Origin: a virus
Lineage: Duplodnaviria > Caudoviricetes
Length of the DNA: 46,895 nucleotides
Virus record (IMG/VR): IMGVR_UViG_3300044769_000044
Span: 1 to 46,895 of that record
Strand: one strand, 5' to 3'
Under the pieces are notes generated by a model. That model was given only the letters and a program-made list of their open reading frames with translations. It did not search any database and was not told the origin of the DNA. The position numbers and the translations under genes were made by a program. Below are positions 1 to 8,396 of this stretch, piece after piece (position 1 is the first letter of the stretch; each line of letters opens with the position of its first letter).

Positions 1-127
1 GCCGTAGCCGTAGCCGGAGCCGTAGCCGTAGCCGGAGCCGTCGCCGTCGCCGTCGCCGTAGCCGGAGCCGTAGCCGGAGCCGGAGCCGTAGCCGGAGCCG
101 TCGCCGTAGCCGGAGCCGTAGCCGGAG
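1..127. repeat. Terminal overlap identical to 46769-46895 (circular assembly overlap)
   Basis: Exact 127-nt match read by eye; 127 is a common assembler k-mer; lies inside a low-complexity hexamer repeat. Confidence 0.9.
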
Positions 128-195
128 CCGTCGCCGGAGCCGTCGCCGGAGCCGTCGCCGAGCGCGGCATCTACGCTGCCGCGCAAGACCTTCAC
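1..195 (-). CDS. 5' part of Gly-X repeat protein (continues across the circle join into 46768-46367)
   Basis: GTG at 195 overlaps TGA of upstream gene; reads VKVLRGSVDAALGDGSGDGSG...; 195 nt + 402 nt stay in frame across the join. Confidence 0.8.
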   Translation of the reverse strand, partial: MKVLRGSVDAALGDGSGDGSGDGSGYGSGYGDGSGYGSGSGYGSGYGDGDGDGSGYGYGSGYGYG

Positions 196-482
196 CTCGA
201 CCACGGCGCGCCCTCCCAAGCGTTCACGGCCTCGGGGCTCGCCTCAAGCACCGCCGTGATGTTTCGCAGCGTGATGTCTGCGGCTGGCCCCACCTTGCAT
301 GACTTCGACGGACCAGACGCCGCCAATCCCATGAACCCCTTCACGTCTGCTGACCAATAGATACAGAGCCGCGCCCTTGTCAACGCGATCTGCTCACCAT
401 CGGTCTCTGTGGCGTATCCAAAGAACACACCTCGATGGGCCGTGGTGACCACCACCGGCCGCTCCGCCCGTCGTGTTGCCAT
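192..482 (-). CDS. DUF6948-like phage protein
   Basis: VVVTTAHRGVFFG...ARLCIYW pattern; position directly upstream of a GYGDG-repeat gene is typical of this family. Confidence 0.7.
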   Translation of the reverse strand: MATRRAERPVVVTTAHRGVFFGYATETDGEQIALTRARLCIYWSADVKGFMGLAASGPSKSCKVGPAADITLRNITAVLEASPEAVNAWEGAPWSR

Positions 483-494
483 TTCATCAACTCC

Positions 495-833
495 TTAACT
501 CGGATAGAACTCCCGTGGTGGAACCCGCTCGTAGACTGACCGCGCCTCGCGATCCAGCGCGGCGAGGTCTTCGACCTTCTCGATGACATGCACGTGGACC
601 CCGAACGCCGCGAACTCGTCGTGTGCCACGCGCTCAGCGGGCGTGAGCTTTCGCGCTGACGGCTTCTTCTTGCCGTCCTTTACCTCGATGAACACCACGC
701 GCCCTGCCTTGATCGCGATGCGGTCAGGGAACCCCTTCCCCAGTTGGTGGGTCGGCCACACGCGCCAGCCCATCGCCCTGAGCGCGGCATCGATCTCGCC
801 CTGGTTGTCGTCAACCTTGGCGCTGCGTCTCAC
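495..833 (-). CDS. VRR-NUC / PD-(D/E)XK endonuclease
   Basis: DDNQ..I..ALR, GKGFPD, FIEVK, KLT motifs. Confidence 0.8.
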   Translation of the reverse strand: MRRSAKVDDNQGEIDAALRAMGWRVWPTHQLGKGFPDRIAIKAGRVVFIEVKDGKKKPSARKLTPAERVAHDEFAAFGVHVHVIEKVEDLAALDREARSVYERVPPREFYPS

Positions 834-1189
834 TGGCCGCCCTTCACCTTGGTGAGCAACTGGTGGATCCGATCGATGTCAAGCACCGACCAAACAAGCA
901 CGCCGCCCTCGTTCCACATTGGTCCCGGCAACAATGCGATCACGCGCTCCAATTCCGCGACCAGTTCGTCGTGGTGGTTACAGACCGCGACGATGAACGA
1001 GGAATCATCGCGGGTGACTGCAGTTGGGTAGTACTGCTCGTTGTCGCAAACGGTGTCGCCGTTGGCATCCACAACGCCGCAGTACGTCGAACCGGCCCAC
1101 TCTCCGAAGGCCAAGCGCCACGGCAACGGGCTGTGTGCGCTACCGGCTAGCGTTTTCACTGCGGTAGGGCTATGGGTCTCTACTCCCAT
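830..1189 (-). CDS. Hypothetical protein (HSPLPW-type phage accessory protein)
   Basis: ORF with HSPLPW and FIVAVCNHHDELVAEL; start uncertain. Confidence 0.6.
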   Translation of the reverse strand: MGVETHSPTAVKTLAGSAHSPLPWRLAFGEWAGSTYCGVVDANGDTVCDNEQYYPTAVTRDDSSFIVAVCNHHDELVAELERVIALLPGPMWNEGGVLVWSVLDIDRIHQLLTKVKGGQ

Positions 1190-1203
1190 CGCGTCCCCGC
1201 GCG
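1161..1203 (-). repeat. Orphan copy of bipartite CGCG...TACCG element
   Basis: CGCGCGGGGAC-N21-AGCCCTACCGC; resembles copies at 40779-44624. Confidence 0.6.
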
Positions 1204-1227
1204 ACTGATCGTCTTTGTCTTTGTGCA

Positions 1228-1440
1228 TTAGATCGTCCCGTGCTTCGCCGCGTTCTGATACTGAATCCCCGACAAGGCCTCCATCTGCCGTGACTCGAAC
1301 AACGCCCGGGCGCGTGCCGTGAAACCTTCGCGCTGGGCATAGGGGCCTTCGAACCACCAGCGTGGCGGATCGAGAGGACGCTCCGCATGGCGCGAGCGCG
1401 GGCGCGTCGTCGTGTTCTCGTCAGGCTCGTCAGACTCCAT
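1228..1440 (-). CDS. Hypothetical protein
   Basis: ATG at 1440 overlapping the MTase end. Confidence 0.55.
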   Translation of the reverse strand: MESDEPDENTTTRPRSRHAERPLDPPRWWFEGPYAQREGFTARARALFESRQMEALSGIQYQNAAKHGTI

Positions 1441-2536
1441 GCCCGTACCCCTTCTCGGTGACTGTTGCGTCGGCCTCAGATGCAAACAGCGGCGCCGCAC
1501 CGCCGATCCGCTTGCGTGCGAGCTCCGCGTATTGCGGGTTTAATTCCACACCGACAAAGCACCGACCGAGACGCAAGGCCACTTGGCCTGTCGTGCCGCT
1601 GCCGCAGAACGGATCCAGCACCAAATCGCCGACTCTCGAGCCGGCCTTGATGCACCGCTCTGGTATCGCTTCGGGGAACGTCGCGAAATGGGCATCTGGG
1701 TAGGCTTGAGTGGTGATCGTCCAAACGGAACGAGCGTTCCTCGTAACCGCGCCACGTAATGCCGGGTTGTTGTTGAATGCGCCTATCTCGTCGCGCCGAC
1801 TGGCCTCGCTATTTGTCGCCTGAACGTTTCGGCCATTCACACCAAGCGAATCCGACTTTCGGCGCGCGTTAGCAATGATGCGCGCCTTCACGGATGACGG
1901 ATTCTGTACGCCTGCTGATTCGTAGTCCTTAATACCGAGCCCGTCATACCCCTGATCCATCTGTTGCAGCATGGCTGACGATGCCGGTTCAGCGATCGCC
2001 TCAGCGTCGTAGAAGTACCGCTCGCTCTTTGTGAGCATGAAGATGTATTCGTGGGATTTGGTCGGCCGATCAGTGACCGACTCCGGCATCGGGTTAGGCT
2101 TCGACCAGATCACGTCGGACCGTAGCCACCAGCCGGCCGCCTGCAGCGCGAAGGCGACGCGCCACGGAACACCGACGAGATCCTTCGGCTTGAGTCCTGT
2201 ATCCCGGCGACCCCGACCGATCCCGGTGTCACCGTGGAGCGCCTGAACGTGCTTACCGCTAGACGAGCCGCCCCACTTCTCGTCGTTCGCGTAACTGTCG
2301 CCGAGGTTCAGCCAGAGGACGCCGTCAGGCGCGAGCACGCGCCAAAGGTGTGTGAACACGTCGACCAGCGCCTCGACGTACTCATACGGCGTGTGCTCGA
2401 GCCCGATCTGACCGCTTACTCCGTAGTCCCTGAGTCCCCAGTACGGCGGCGACGTCACGACGCACTGAACGGAGGCGTCAGGTAGCAGCCGCAACTGCTC
2501 GCGCACGTCGCCGACCATGACCCGCCAGGTTTGCAT
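1430..2536 (-). CDS. DNA methyltransferase, beta class (N4-C/N6-A)
   Basis: VVTSPPY catalytic motif N-terminal; DPFCGSGTT SAM motif C-terminal; HFATFP. Confidence 0.92.
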   Translation of the reverse strand: MQTWRVMVGDVREQLRLLPDASVQCVVTSPPYWGLRDYGVSGQIGLEHTPYEYVEALVDVFTHLWRVLAPDGVLWLNLGDSYANDEKWGGSSSGKHVQALHGDTGIGRGRRDTGLKPKDLVGVPWRVAFALQAAGWWLRSDVIWSKPNPMPESVTDRPTKSHEYIFMLTKSERYFYDAEAIAEPASSAMLQQMDQGYDGLGIKDYESAGVQNPSSVKARIIANARRKSDSLGVNGRNVQATNSEASRRDEIGAFNNNPALRGAVTRNARSVWTITTQAYPDAHFATFPEAIPERCIKAGSRVGDLVLDPFCGSGTTGQVALRLGRCFVGVELNPQYAELARKRIGGAAPLFASEADATVTEKGYGHGV

Positions 2537-2640
2537 CAGCCGATGTCCTCGTAGCCGATTCGCGTGCGGCCCTTGAACCACACGGGCACGCGCTGATTGG
2601 GCTGGCGCTGCAATTCCTCGATCAGGTCGTCAACGGTCAT
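2536..2640 (-). CDS. Small hypothetical protein
   Basis: MTVDDLIEELQ..., coupled to both neighbours. Confidence 0.5.
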   Translation of the reverse strand: MTVDDLIEELQRQPNQRVPVWFKGRTRIGYEDIG

Positions 2641-3113
2641 GGCGTCACCGGACGAAACACGATCACCACCGAGGGAAAGGGCGCGCTGTTGGCCGAGTTG
2701 CCGAACTTCAAGCGACCCTTGATGAATCTGATTTCGACCCCGGGCCGTGGCTGGTGCTTCTCGGCGTCCCAGACATGCGCGTGGTACCAACGTGTATCCG
2801 TGCGGCTCGGGACCAAGGCAACGACCGTCGCGCCCCTGCGGGCCTCACACGCGGCCTTCGCGATGAACTCTCGACAGCGCGAGTACGGCGGGTTCATCCA
2901 GCACACCGGCCCAAGGAGGGACCAATCGCACGCGAGCGCATCTGTGCGATCTGGGCGCCCACGATCCGGCCCGAGGTAGTTCTCTACCCAGCAATTCTCG
3001 GCCGTTGCGGCGACGTCGAGATCGAAACCGAACTCGGCATCGAGCGCCTCGAACGTCTCGCGCGGCGTACGCCACTCGTCGGTGGCACGCCCGAACATGA
3101 CGGCCTTATTCAC
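2637..3113 (-). CDS. Phage N6-adenine DNA methyltransferase (phage Dam-like)
   Basis: EWRTP, FDLDVAA, WMNPPYS, LVPSRTDTRW, GRLKF motifs. Confidence 0.9.
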   Translation of the reverse strand: MNKAVMFGRATDEWRTPRETFEALDAEFGFDLDVAATAENCWVENYLGPDRGRPDRTDALACDWSLLGPVCWMNPPYSRCREFIAKAACEARRGATVVALVPSRTDTRWYHAHVWDAEKHQPRPGVEIRFIKGRLKFGNSANSAPFPSVVIVFRPVTP

Positions 3114-3529
3114 TCGTGCTCCCGTCGATGCCGCGGCCGCAACTCGAACGGCTTCGACGTCGCAATCGCGGACCAGTGAAAGAACAGCGGCCGCCGCGCG
3201 TCCGTGCCTTCGATCTCGATCCAGCCCGCCGTGACCAGCGCGTGCGCCTCAGCACACAACGTGATAATTCGCTCAGATCGGCACACCCACTCGGGCTTGA
3301 CGCGACGCCCTTTCAAATGATGGTGTTCACGTCGCACGCGTGGGTCCACCGCCGCGGAGACGGTGAAGCGTCCCGTCGCCCAGCAGATTCCGCCGTCTCG
3401 CGCGTCCACGTCGTCGTAGGCCTCTTGTAAGGCCTTCGCATCAGCGGCGCGGCGCTGACGACGGGAGACCGCCGACGGCACGAGGGCGCTCTTGAGCAGC
3501 GCGTTGCGATCCAAGTCTGGATTCGACAT
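3110..3529 (-). CDS. HNH-like protein
   Basis: RDGGIC...EHHH...LCAEAH pattern. Confidence 0.55.
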   Translation of the reverse strand: MSNPDLDRNALLKSALVPSAVSRRQRRAADAKALQEAYDDVDARDGGICWATGRFTVSAAVDPRVRREHHHLKGRRVKPEWVCRSERIITLCAEAHALVTAGWIEIEGTDARRPLFFHWSAIATSKPFELRPRHRREHE

Positions 3530-3586
3530 AAGCGATTCAGTTGTAAGAAGAGGGGATGCCTACAAACCCACCAGCCCGCCGCCGAC

Positions 3587-3826
3587 TTACCGCGTCAATC
3601 GATCCAGCCGCCAGAGCACGCGGACACGCGTGACACTTCTTTGATCTTGCAGACTCCCGATCTGCGTCACGATCGTCTGCCGCTGCTCCACCTGTCGTAC
3701 CGCCTGCTCCGTCACCGCCTCAGGATCCGTGCGCCACACTGGCGGGACTGTCGCCACCTTCTCCGCGATCCAGGTGATCACATAGAGCGTCAGGAGCAAC
3801 GCGGCGATCTGATAGTTGGGCGTCAC
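3587..3826 (-). CDS. Small membrane protein
   Basis: N-terminal hydrophobic helix IAALLLTLYVITWIA. Confidence 0.55.
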   Translation of the reverse strand: MTPNYQIAALLLTLYVITWIAEKVATVPPVWRTDPEAVTEQAVRQVEQRQTIVTQIGSLQDQRSVTRVRVLWRLDRLTR

Positions 3827-4068
3827 GAGGCCCGCCGCTTCGGGAACACGCGTTCATCGGCGTAGAGCCCGAGGTTGCGCGCCTTCCGCATCACCAGCCG
3901 CGCGAACGTCACGGCATACTCGGTCTTCGATCCCATGTAGGCCGCGAAGTCGCTATCACTCGGCGCCGCCGCGCGCTTGACCGCATCCACCAGGCCGTCA
4001 CAGTCGCATCGAAATTGGAGATCGTTCACAGGCCGCTCGTAGTCGTACTCAGGAGAAAAGTTGGTCAT
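3823..4068 (-). CDS. Hypothetical protein
   Basis: ATG at 4068 overlaps stop of exonuclease (MTNFSPEY...). Confidence 0.55.
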   Translation of the reverse strand: MTNFSPEYDYERPVNDLQFRCDCDGLVDAVKRAAAPSDSDFAAYMGSKTEYAVTFARLVMRKARNLGLYADERVFPKRRAS

Positions 4069-4712
4069 GCGGCGTGCTGGCGCGCATCGAGCAGCGCAGC
4101 CAGTCCTTTCGCGGTGACGTAGGTTTCGAATGCCCGCACGAGGTTCAGACAATCGTTGTGAACGTCTGCGTACGGATACAGGTCGAACGTCTCGATGCCC
4201 TTGAGGCTGATGACGCCCGTGTCGGACTCGTCCAGGCAGAACACGTGGTACGTCACCTTCGACGGCTCGAAGATGTCCACCATAAATCGCCACTGGCACG
4301 AGTGCGCGTATTTGTCGAAGTCGAAGCTGCCCAGCGTGGTCTTCGTTTCGATGAGATGTGAGCCGACCATCTGATCGGCCTTCGCGACGACATCGTGGCG
4401 ACCGTACCGCTTGACGCCCTTGGTCTCGAACACCGTCCCGTCCGCGATCAGTTCGAACACGGGTTCCATCACGTCCTCGCCAAAGACGAACGATTCTGGA
4501 CACCCGCGCAAAGAGTCCACGCGGAATCCACCAGGCACGCGATAGACCGAGGGATGCTCAATCACCGCGCCGAAGGCCTGCCCGAGCCACACCTTGTGAT
4601 TGCCGACGAATTCGCCCCTGACGGTTGCCAGCAAGTCGTCTTCGCTCATCCATTCCTGTTCGGGCTCCATGAACAGGCGGAACGATTCGAGTGTTGTGCA
4701 GCTAATCCGCAT
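4065..4712 (-). CDS. PD-(D/E)XK exonuclease (partner of Sak4-like ATPase)
   Basis: AKAD...IETKT...Y..S.QW motif; adjacent to AAA ATPase. Confidence 0.75.
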   Translation of the reverse strand: MRISCTTLESFRLFMEPEQEWMSEDDLLATVRGEFVGNHKVWLGQAFGAVIEHPSVYRVPGGFRVDSLRGCPESFVFGEDVMEPVFELIADGTVFETKGVKRYGRHDVVAKADQMVGSHLIETKTTLGSFDFDKYAHSCQWRFMVDIFEPSKVTYHVFCLDESDTGVISLKGIETFDLYPYADVHNDCLNLVRAFETYVTAKGLAALLDARQHAA

Positions 4713-4714
4713 GG

Positions 4715-5623
4715 CTACGCAGTCGCCGCGACGGGTTCGAGGAAGTGCTTGGCCTTGGCGTCGAACGACACTGGGATCGCCGCGCCACGGTCCATTAGGA
4801 GCTTCGCGACTTGCGGTTGCACGGTGGCCCCGAGCGCCTTAATCTCGGGCATGGCCGCGTTCAGTTCGTTGGCGGTCCGCAAGCCCTCGATGCGTGAGCG
4901 CCACTCCGCAACCGTGGCGGTGACTCGCGCGCTCTCTTCACTGATCGCGCCGAGCGCCGCGCGCCCGAGGTCGAACAGTTCCCCCATGAAATCAGCGGCC
5001 TTGGCGACGGGCGGCACTTTGAACGGCGCCCAGCCTGCCGGGTTCTTGCCGATCCAGCGGTCTGTGGGGTTGAAATCGAGCACGCGATCCCGGCCGTTCA
5101 TCGAGACGTAGCCGACGAAGTCCGCGACCTTCATCACTTCGCCGTAGGAGCCGCCGACGATGTCGGGCCGCACGATCCGCGTGTCGCCGTCCTTGTCTTC
5201 TTTGTCGTGCGCGATCAATAGGACATCTTTCCCGAGGGACCGCAGCGTGGCGATGTGCTGCCGAAAGCGGTTCTTGAGGACGCCCCAGCCCTGCTGACTG
5301 AGATTGCCGCCAGGCGCCTTCTTTGGGTCGGTCAACGCAATGTCCGCGGTGAGCAGATCAAGGCAGCGGCCCACGGTGTCTTCGACCACCGTGGCGTACA
5401 GCGCGAGCACGTCGGCCGAATTGCTGTCGGTGACGTCTTTCCACGTATCGATCAGCAGCGTGTCGCGACGGTTCGCGGCGCGGTGCGCGCCCTTGTCGTA
5501 GTCGCGCAGCAATGGCTCTTTGCACGAGTAGGCGAGGGAGGTCTTGCAGATCCCTGGCTGACCGAAGATCAAGAACACCGGATGCTCTACCGGGATCGCC
5601 TCTGTCGCTCGTATAATTCTCAT
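4715..5623 (-). CDS. AAA_24 / Sak4-like ATPase (recombination)
   Basis: Walker A variant GQPGICKT, VVEDTVG, LIAH, ADFVGY. Confidence 0.85.
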   Translation of the reverse strand: MRIIRATEAIPVEHPVFLIFGQPGICKTSLAYSCKEPLLRDYDKGAHRAANRRDTLLIDTWKDVTDSNSADVLALYATVVEDTVGRCLDLLTADIALTDPKKAPGGNLSQQGWGVLKNRFRQHIATLRSLGKDVLLIAHDKEDKDGDTRIVRPDIVGGSYGEVMKVADFVGYVSMNGRDRVLDFNPTDRWIGKNPAGWAPFKVPPVAKAADFMGELFDLGRAALGAISEESARVTATVAEWRSRIEGLRTANELNAAMPEIKALGATVQPQVAKLLMDRGAAIPVSFDAKAKHFLEPVAATA

Positions 5624-5656
5624 GGTGTGCGGCGCCTCTCATCGCCGTGCATCACT

Positions 5657-5691
5657 GGGCCGCGTGCTGAGGTACGACAGCATTGCGGCCC
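5657..5691 (-). promoter_or_regulatory. Intergenic hairpin, twin of 34071-34108
   Basis: GGGCCGC-TGCTG-loop-CAGCA-GCGGCCC. Confidence 0.5.
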
Positions 5692-5700
5692 GAATTGTTG

Positions 5701-5889
5701 TTACGCAGGCACCGCGTCGCCCGCGAAGTTCACGAGCGGCGCCCGCTTCTTCGGTTTCCGCGCCTGCTGTGCCGCGATCACCCGGATCGACGCGTCGATC
5801 GCTTCACACTCCGCGTTACACTTCGCGAGAATGTCGCCCTTGCGCTGCGTCAGCGCGTCCACGGCGCGGTCCAACTGGCTTTTCTTCAT
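5701..5889 (-). CDS. Small coiled-coil protein
   Basis: MKKSQLDRAVDAL..., coupled start. Confidence 0.55.
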   Translation of the reverse strand: MKKSQLDRAVDALTQRKGDILAKCNAECEAIDASIRVIAAQQARKPKKRAPLVNFAGDAVPA

Positions 5890-6023
5890 CACAGTCCTCG
5901 CTCGCTTGGAAATTCGTACGTCTCGTTGCGTCGGGGCCGCACGGTGTTCACCAGCACCACCGCGGAGGCCACGCACACCAACGCCACAGCGGCCACCACG
6001 AGAAACACGATCGCCACGGTCAT
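5889..6023 (-). CDS. 44-aa membrane protein (not in ORF track)
   Basis: MTVAIVFLVVAAVALVCVASAVVLVN...; overlaps both neighbours' start/stop. Confidence 0.6.
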   Translation of the reverse strand: MTVAIVFLVVAAVALVCVASAVVLVNTVRPRRNETYEFPSERGL

Positions 6024-6373
6024 GCGCGTTTCCTTTCCGCGATCTGCCGAACCTCGTACAGCCCCGACGCCTTCATCAGCGCCAACAAAAACTCTTCGCG
6101 GGTATCCGCACGCGCCCAGATGCGCCCGAGGACATCGGACACGTCACCGCTGCACATACGATCGACAACGGCGGGCGTACCAAATTCCTTGAGGACGGAA
6201 TCCGTGCGCCGGATCGCGCGCTTCATCGCGGCGCCGAGCTGCGCCTTGGCCATCGTGAGGGGAATCTGCTCGAGAGTGAATCCATCACCGTCGCCAGACT
6301 GCGCAGCCGCGGGCAGGGGGTGAACCGCATCACCTTCCCCCGAGGGCTCGCGGCGTTCAATGCTGTGGCTCAT
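6020..6373 (-). CDS. Hypothetical protein (CII-like position)
   Basis: ATGA coupling; second gene downstream of cro. Confidence 0.5.
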   Translation of the reverse strand: MSHSIERREPSGEGDAVHPLPAAAQSGDGDGFTLEQIPLTMAKAQLGAAMKRAIRRTDSVLKEFGTPAVVDRMCSGDVSDVLGRIWARADTREEFLLALMKASGLYEVRQIAERKRA

Positions 6374-6693
6374 GAACGAGACTCCCCGCCCGGCGCGCAT
6401 CGTGACGTTCCCACCGTTGTCGCATTCAGCCGGTGACTCCGCGCCGCGTAGCCAGCCTTCAACTCCCGGATGTGTGTCGTCAATTCGTGCAGGAGTTCGA
6501 GGTAGTGCTCGGACAGCGCGAGGAGATGCGCACGCTCCGGGATCACCAGCGACACATAGCCCGCAGGGGGCTGGTCGTCGAGAATCGCCCGCGCTTCGCC
6601 GAGAAAATCGCGTGCGGGCGATTCTTCAGGCGGTGGAGTCGATTCGAGTTGCCGCTGAAGCGCTACGACGAATGCGGGAGTAAAGACCGTCAT
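6370..6693 (-). CDS. Hypothetical protein
   Basis: ORF in operon orientation. Confidence 0.55.
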   Translation of the reverse strand: MTVFTPAFVVALQRQLESTPPPEESPARDFLGEARAILDDQPPAGYVSLVIPERAHLLALSEHYLELLHELTTHIRELKAGYAARSHRLNATTVGTSRCAPGGESRS

Positions 6694-6827
6694 GCCGGCG
6701 CCTTGGCTGAGGCCGAGTTGTGAGAGAATGCGGGCCGTTCATGAACGCTAGTCGCTTCGACTTGACAGCTTTGCAAGCTGCCGCGCGTCGCATACGATGG
6801 ATTATGTATACCAAATGACATTGGACT

Positions 6828-7091
6828 TTACGCCTTGTTCTTGCGTGGCGATTTGCTATATCCGGCGCCCAGTTCTTCCAGTTTGTCCACCTCGCTGGGC
6901 ACCCAAGCCTCCACCGGGATGCCGGTGACGCGCTCGATCTGGACTGCGTTGTCCAGCCCAGGCGTGCGCGAGCCGCTCAAGAGGTGCGAAATGTATGTCT
7001 CATGCCAGCCGAAGTGGGCCGCCGCTTCGCGCTGCATAAAGCCGCGCCGGAGGCACCAATCCTTCAACTGCTCGGGTCCAGACTTCGTCAT
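6828..7091 (-). CDS. Cro-like XRE HTH regulator
   Basis: QREAAAHFGWHETYISHLLSGSRTPG HTH; divergent from CI-like gene. Confidence 0.8.
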   Translation of the reverse strand: MTKSGPEQLKDWCLRRGFMQREAAAHFGWHETYISHLLSGSRTPGLDNAVQIERVTGIPVEAWVPSEVDKLEELGAGYSKSPRKNKA

Positions 7092-7098
7092 GCCAGCG

Positions 7099-7127
7099 AC
7101 TATACACACGCTTGTCACCCGTGTCAA
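7099..7127 (-). promoter_or_regulatory. Sigma70 promoter for cro (leaderless) with overlapping imperfect palindrome
   Basis: TTGACA-17nt-TATAGT, 7 nt before ATG; CTTGTCAC-CC-GTGTCAAG at 7111-7128. Confidence 0.8.
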
Positions 7128-7204
7128 GTAGTGATAGCATTGTCGCGTGATTCGAATGGGCGGCGGTGCCGTGGCCTTCCATGGTAAACGGGTATTACCA
7201 CCAC

Positions 7205-7726
7205 ATGCACGCCAATCGGCAGATGAAGCAGAACGTGATCGCGCTTCTGAAGGGGCGCCATCTCGCGCAGAAGGACCTCGCGGATTACTGCCGCAAGAGC
7301 GAGAGCTGGATCAGCAAGATCCTGCAGATGGAGTCCACGCGCGAGTTCCCACTGAAATACTGGGACCGCATCGCGGACTTTTTCGGCATCTCGACGTATC
7401 AGCTCTTGCAGCCGGGCATCAGCAGCGTGACCGAGCGCCGCAAGGGCGACCGGCGCAGCGGTCAGGAGCGGCGCGTCAGCCGCAAGCCGGAGAACGCCCA
7501 CGCGCGCGCAGGCTTTACCGACCAAGCCCTCATCCGGGAAGTGCTCAGCGTGCCTTTCGACGAACGTCCGTTCCTGTTCGAATCGATTGCGGCCTTGAAA
7601 CGCCGCAGAGTCGAGTGGCCCACCCGTGGACAATTCGGAGCTGGGCCGGTTTCAAGCGGGGAATCAGCGCCACCAGTTCCTCGCGGGCCTTCACCGAGGA
7701 CTCGACGGCACGTGGACGGACAGTAG
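7205..7726 (+). CDS. CI-like XRE repressor (no peptidase domain seen)
   Basis: QKDLADYCRKSESWISKIL...IADFFGIS HTH; start uncertain (7166-7223). Confidence 0.8.
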   Translation: MHANRQMKQNVIALLKGRHLAQKDLADYCRKSESWISKILQMESTREFPLKYWDRIADFFGISTYQLLQPGISSVTERRKGDRRSGQERRVSRKPENAHARAGFTDQALIREVLSVPFDERPFLFESIAALKRRRVEWPTRGQFGAGPVSSGESAPPVPRGPSPRTRRHVDGQ

Positions 7727-7873
7727 GGCGGCGGCGAGGCATGGCCTTGGGGAGCCTCCGATGTTCGGTGCGGGCGCTTCTCTATGTACCAGAAATCCAG
7801 TTCATCCGATACAGGGTAAAGCCTGTCTCGTCAATGAAGCTGTGCAATTACAGTTCTGTGTCAGGAGAATAAA

Positions 7874-8017
7874 ATGCTGCTCGCGTTTGCGCTCGGGGTC
7901 GTCGTCGGGGTCGTGCTGCTGTTTGTCGGGCTGTTTCTCTATGGCGGTGGGGTCAGCGGGGAGTTTGAGCGCGAGAATGAAACCGTGGTCGCGGAATCAC
8001 GGCGTCAGGCGAGTTAG
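7874..8017 (+). CDS. 47-aa single-pass membrane protein (not in ORF track)
   Basis: AGGAG RBS; MLLAFALGVVVGVVLLFVGLFLY. Confidence 0.65.
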   Translation: MLLAFALGVVVGVVLLFVGLFLYGGGVSGEFERENETVVAESRRQAS

Positions 8018-8026
8018 ACTCACCCC

Positions 8027-8335
8027 ATGGCGACATGGCGCGATGGCATGGGCCGAACCACCATCAAGGTGGACACCGGCGATGCAGAACCAGGCTCACT
8101 ATTCCAGTCCGGTGGAATGCTGGGCATCGTGCGGCGCAAGGGCTGGCTGTTTGTCTACGGCCCCGTGCGGATGAACGTTGTTGGCGTCGGCGCCTACGAT
8201 GACACGCCAATCCGCGAGAAGGCCCGCAAGCATCACGCGCAGCGACATGGCCCGCGCCACTTGCGCGATCGCGGCTACGGCCCGAACTGGTGGCTTGACG
8301 AGGCCGACGCTGAGCCCAGCCGACAAGACGGCTGA
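8027..8335 (+). CDS. Hypothetical protein
   Basis: ATG 6 nt after TAGACT -10-like hexamer. Confidence 0.5.
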   Translation: MATWRDGMGRTTIKVDTGDAEPGSLFQSGGMLGIVRRKGWLFVYGPVRMNVVGVGAYDDTPIREKARKHHAQRHGPRHLRDRGYGPNWWLDEADAEPSRQDG

Positions 8336-8396
8336 ATCCTCGGGGGAGGATTTCCCAGACCCAGCGCGGCCAACTTGACGTGCTAGGATTTCACCG

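Noticed and set aside
1-160. Hexamer array as CRISPR or DGR variable region
   Set aside because: No spacers; it is a coding Gly-X tract; no reverse transcriptase or template repeat seen
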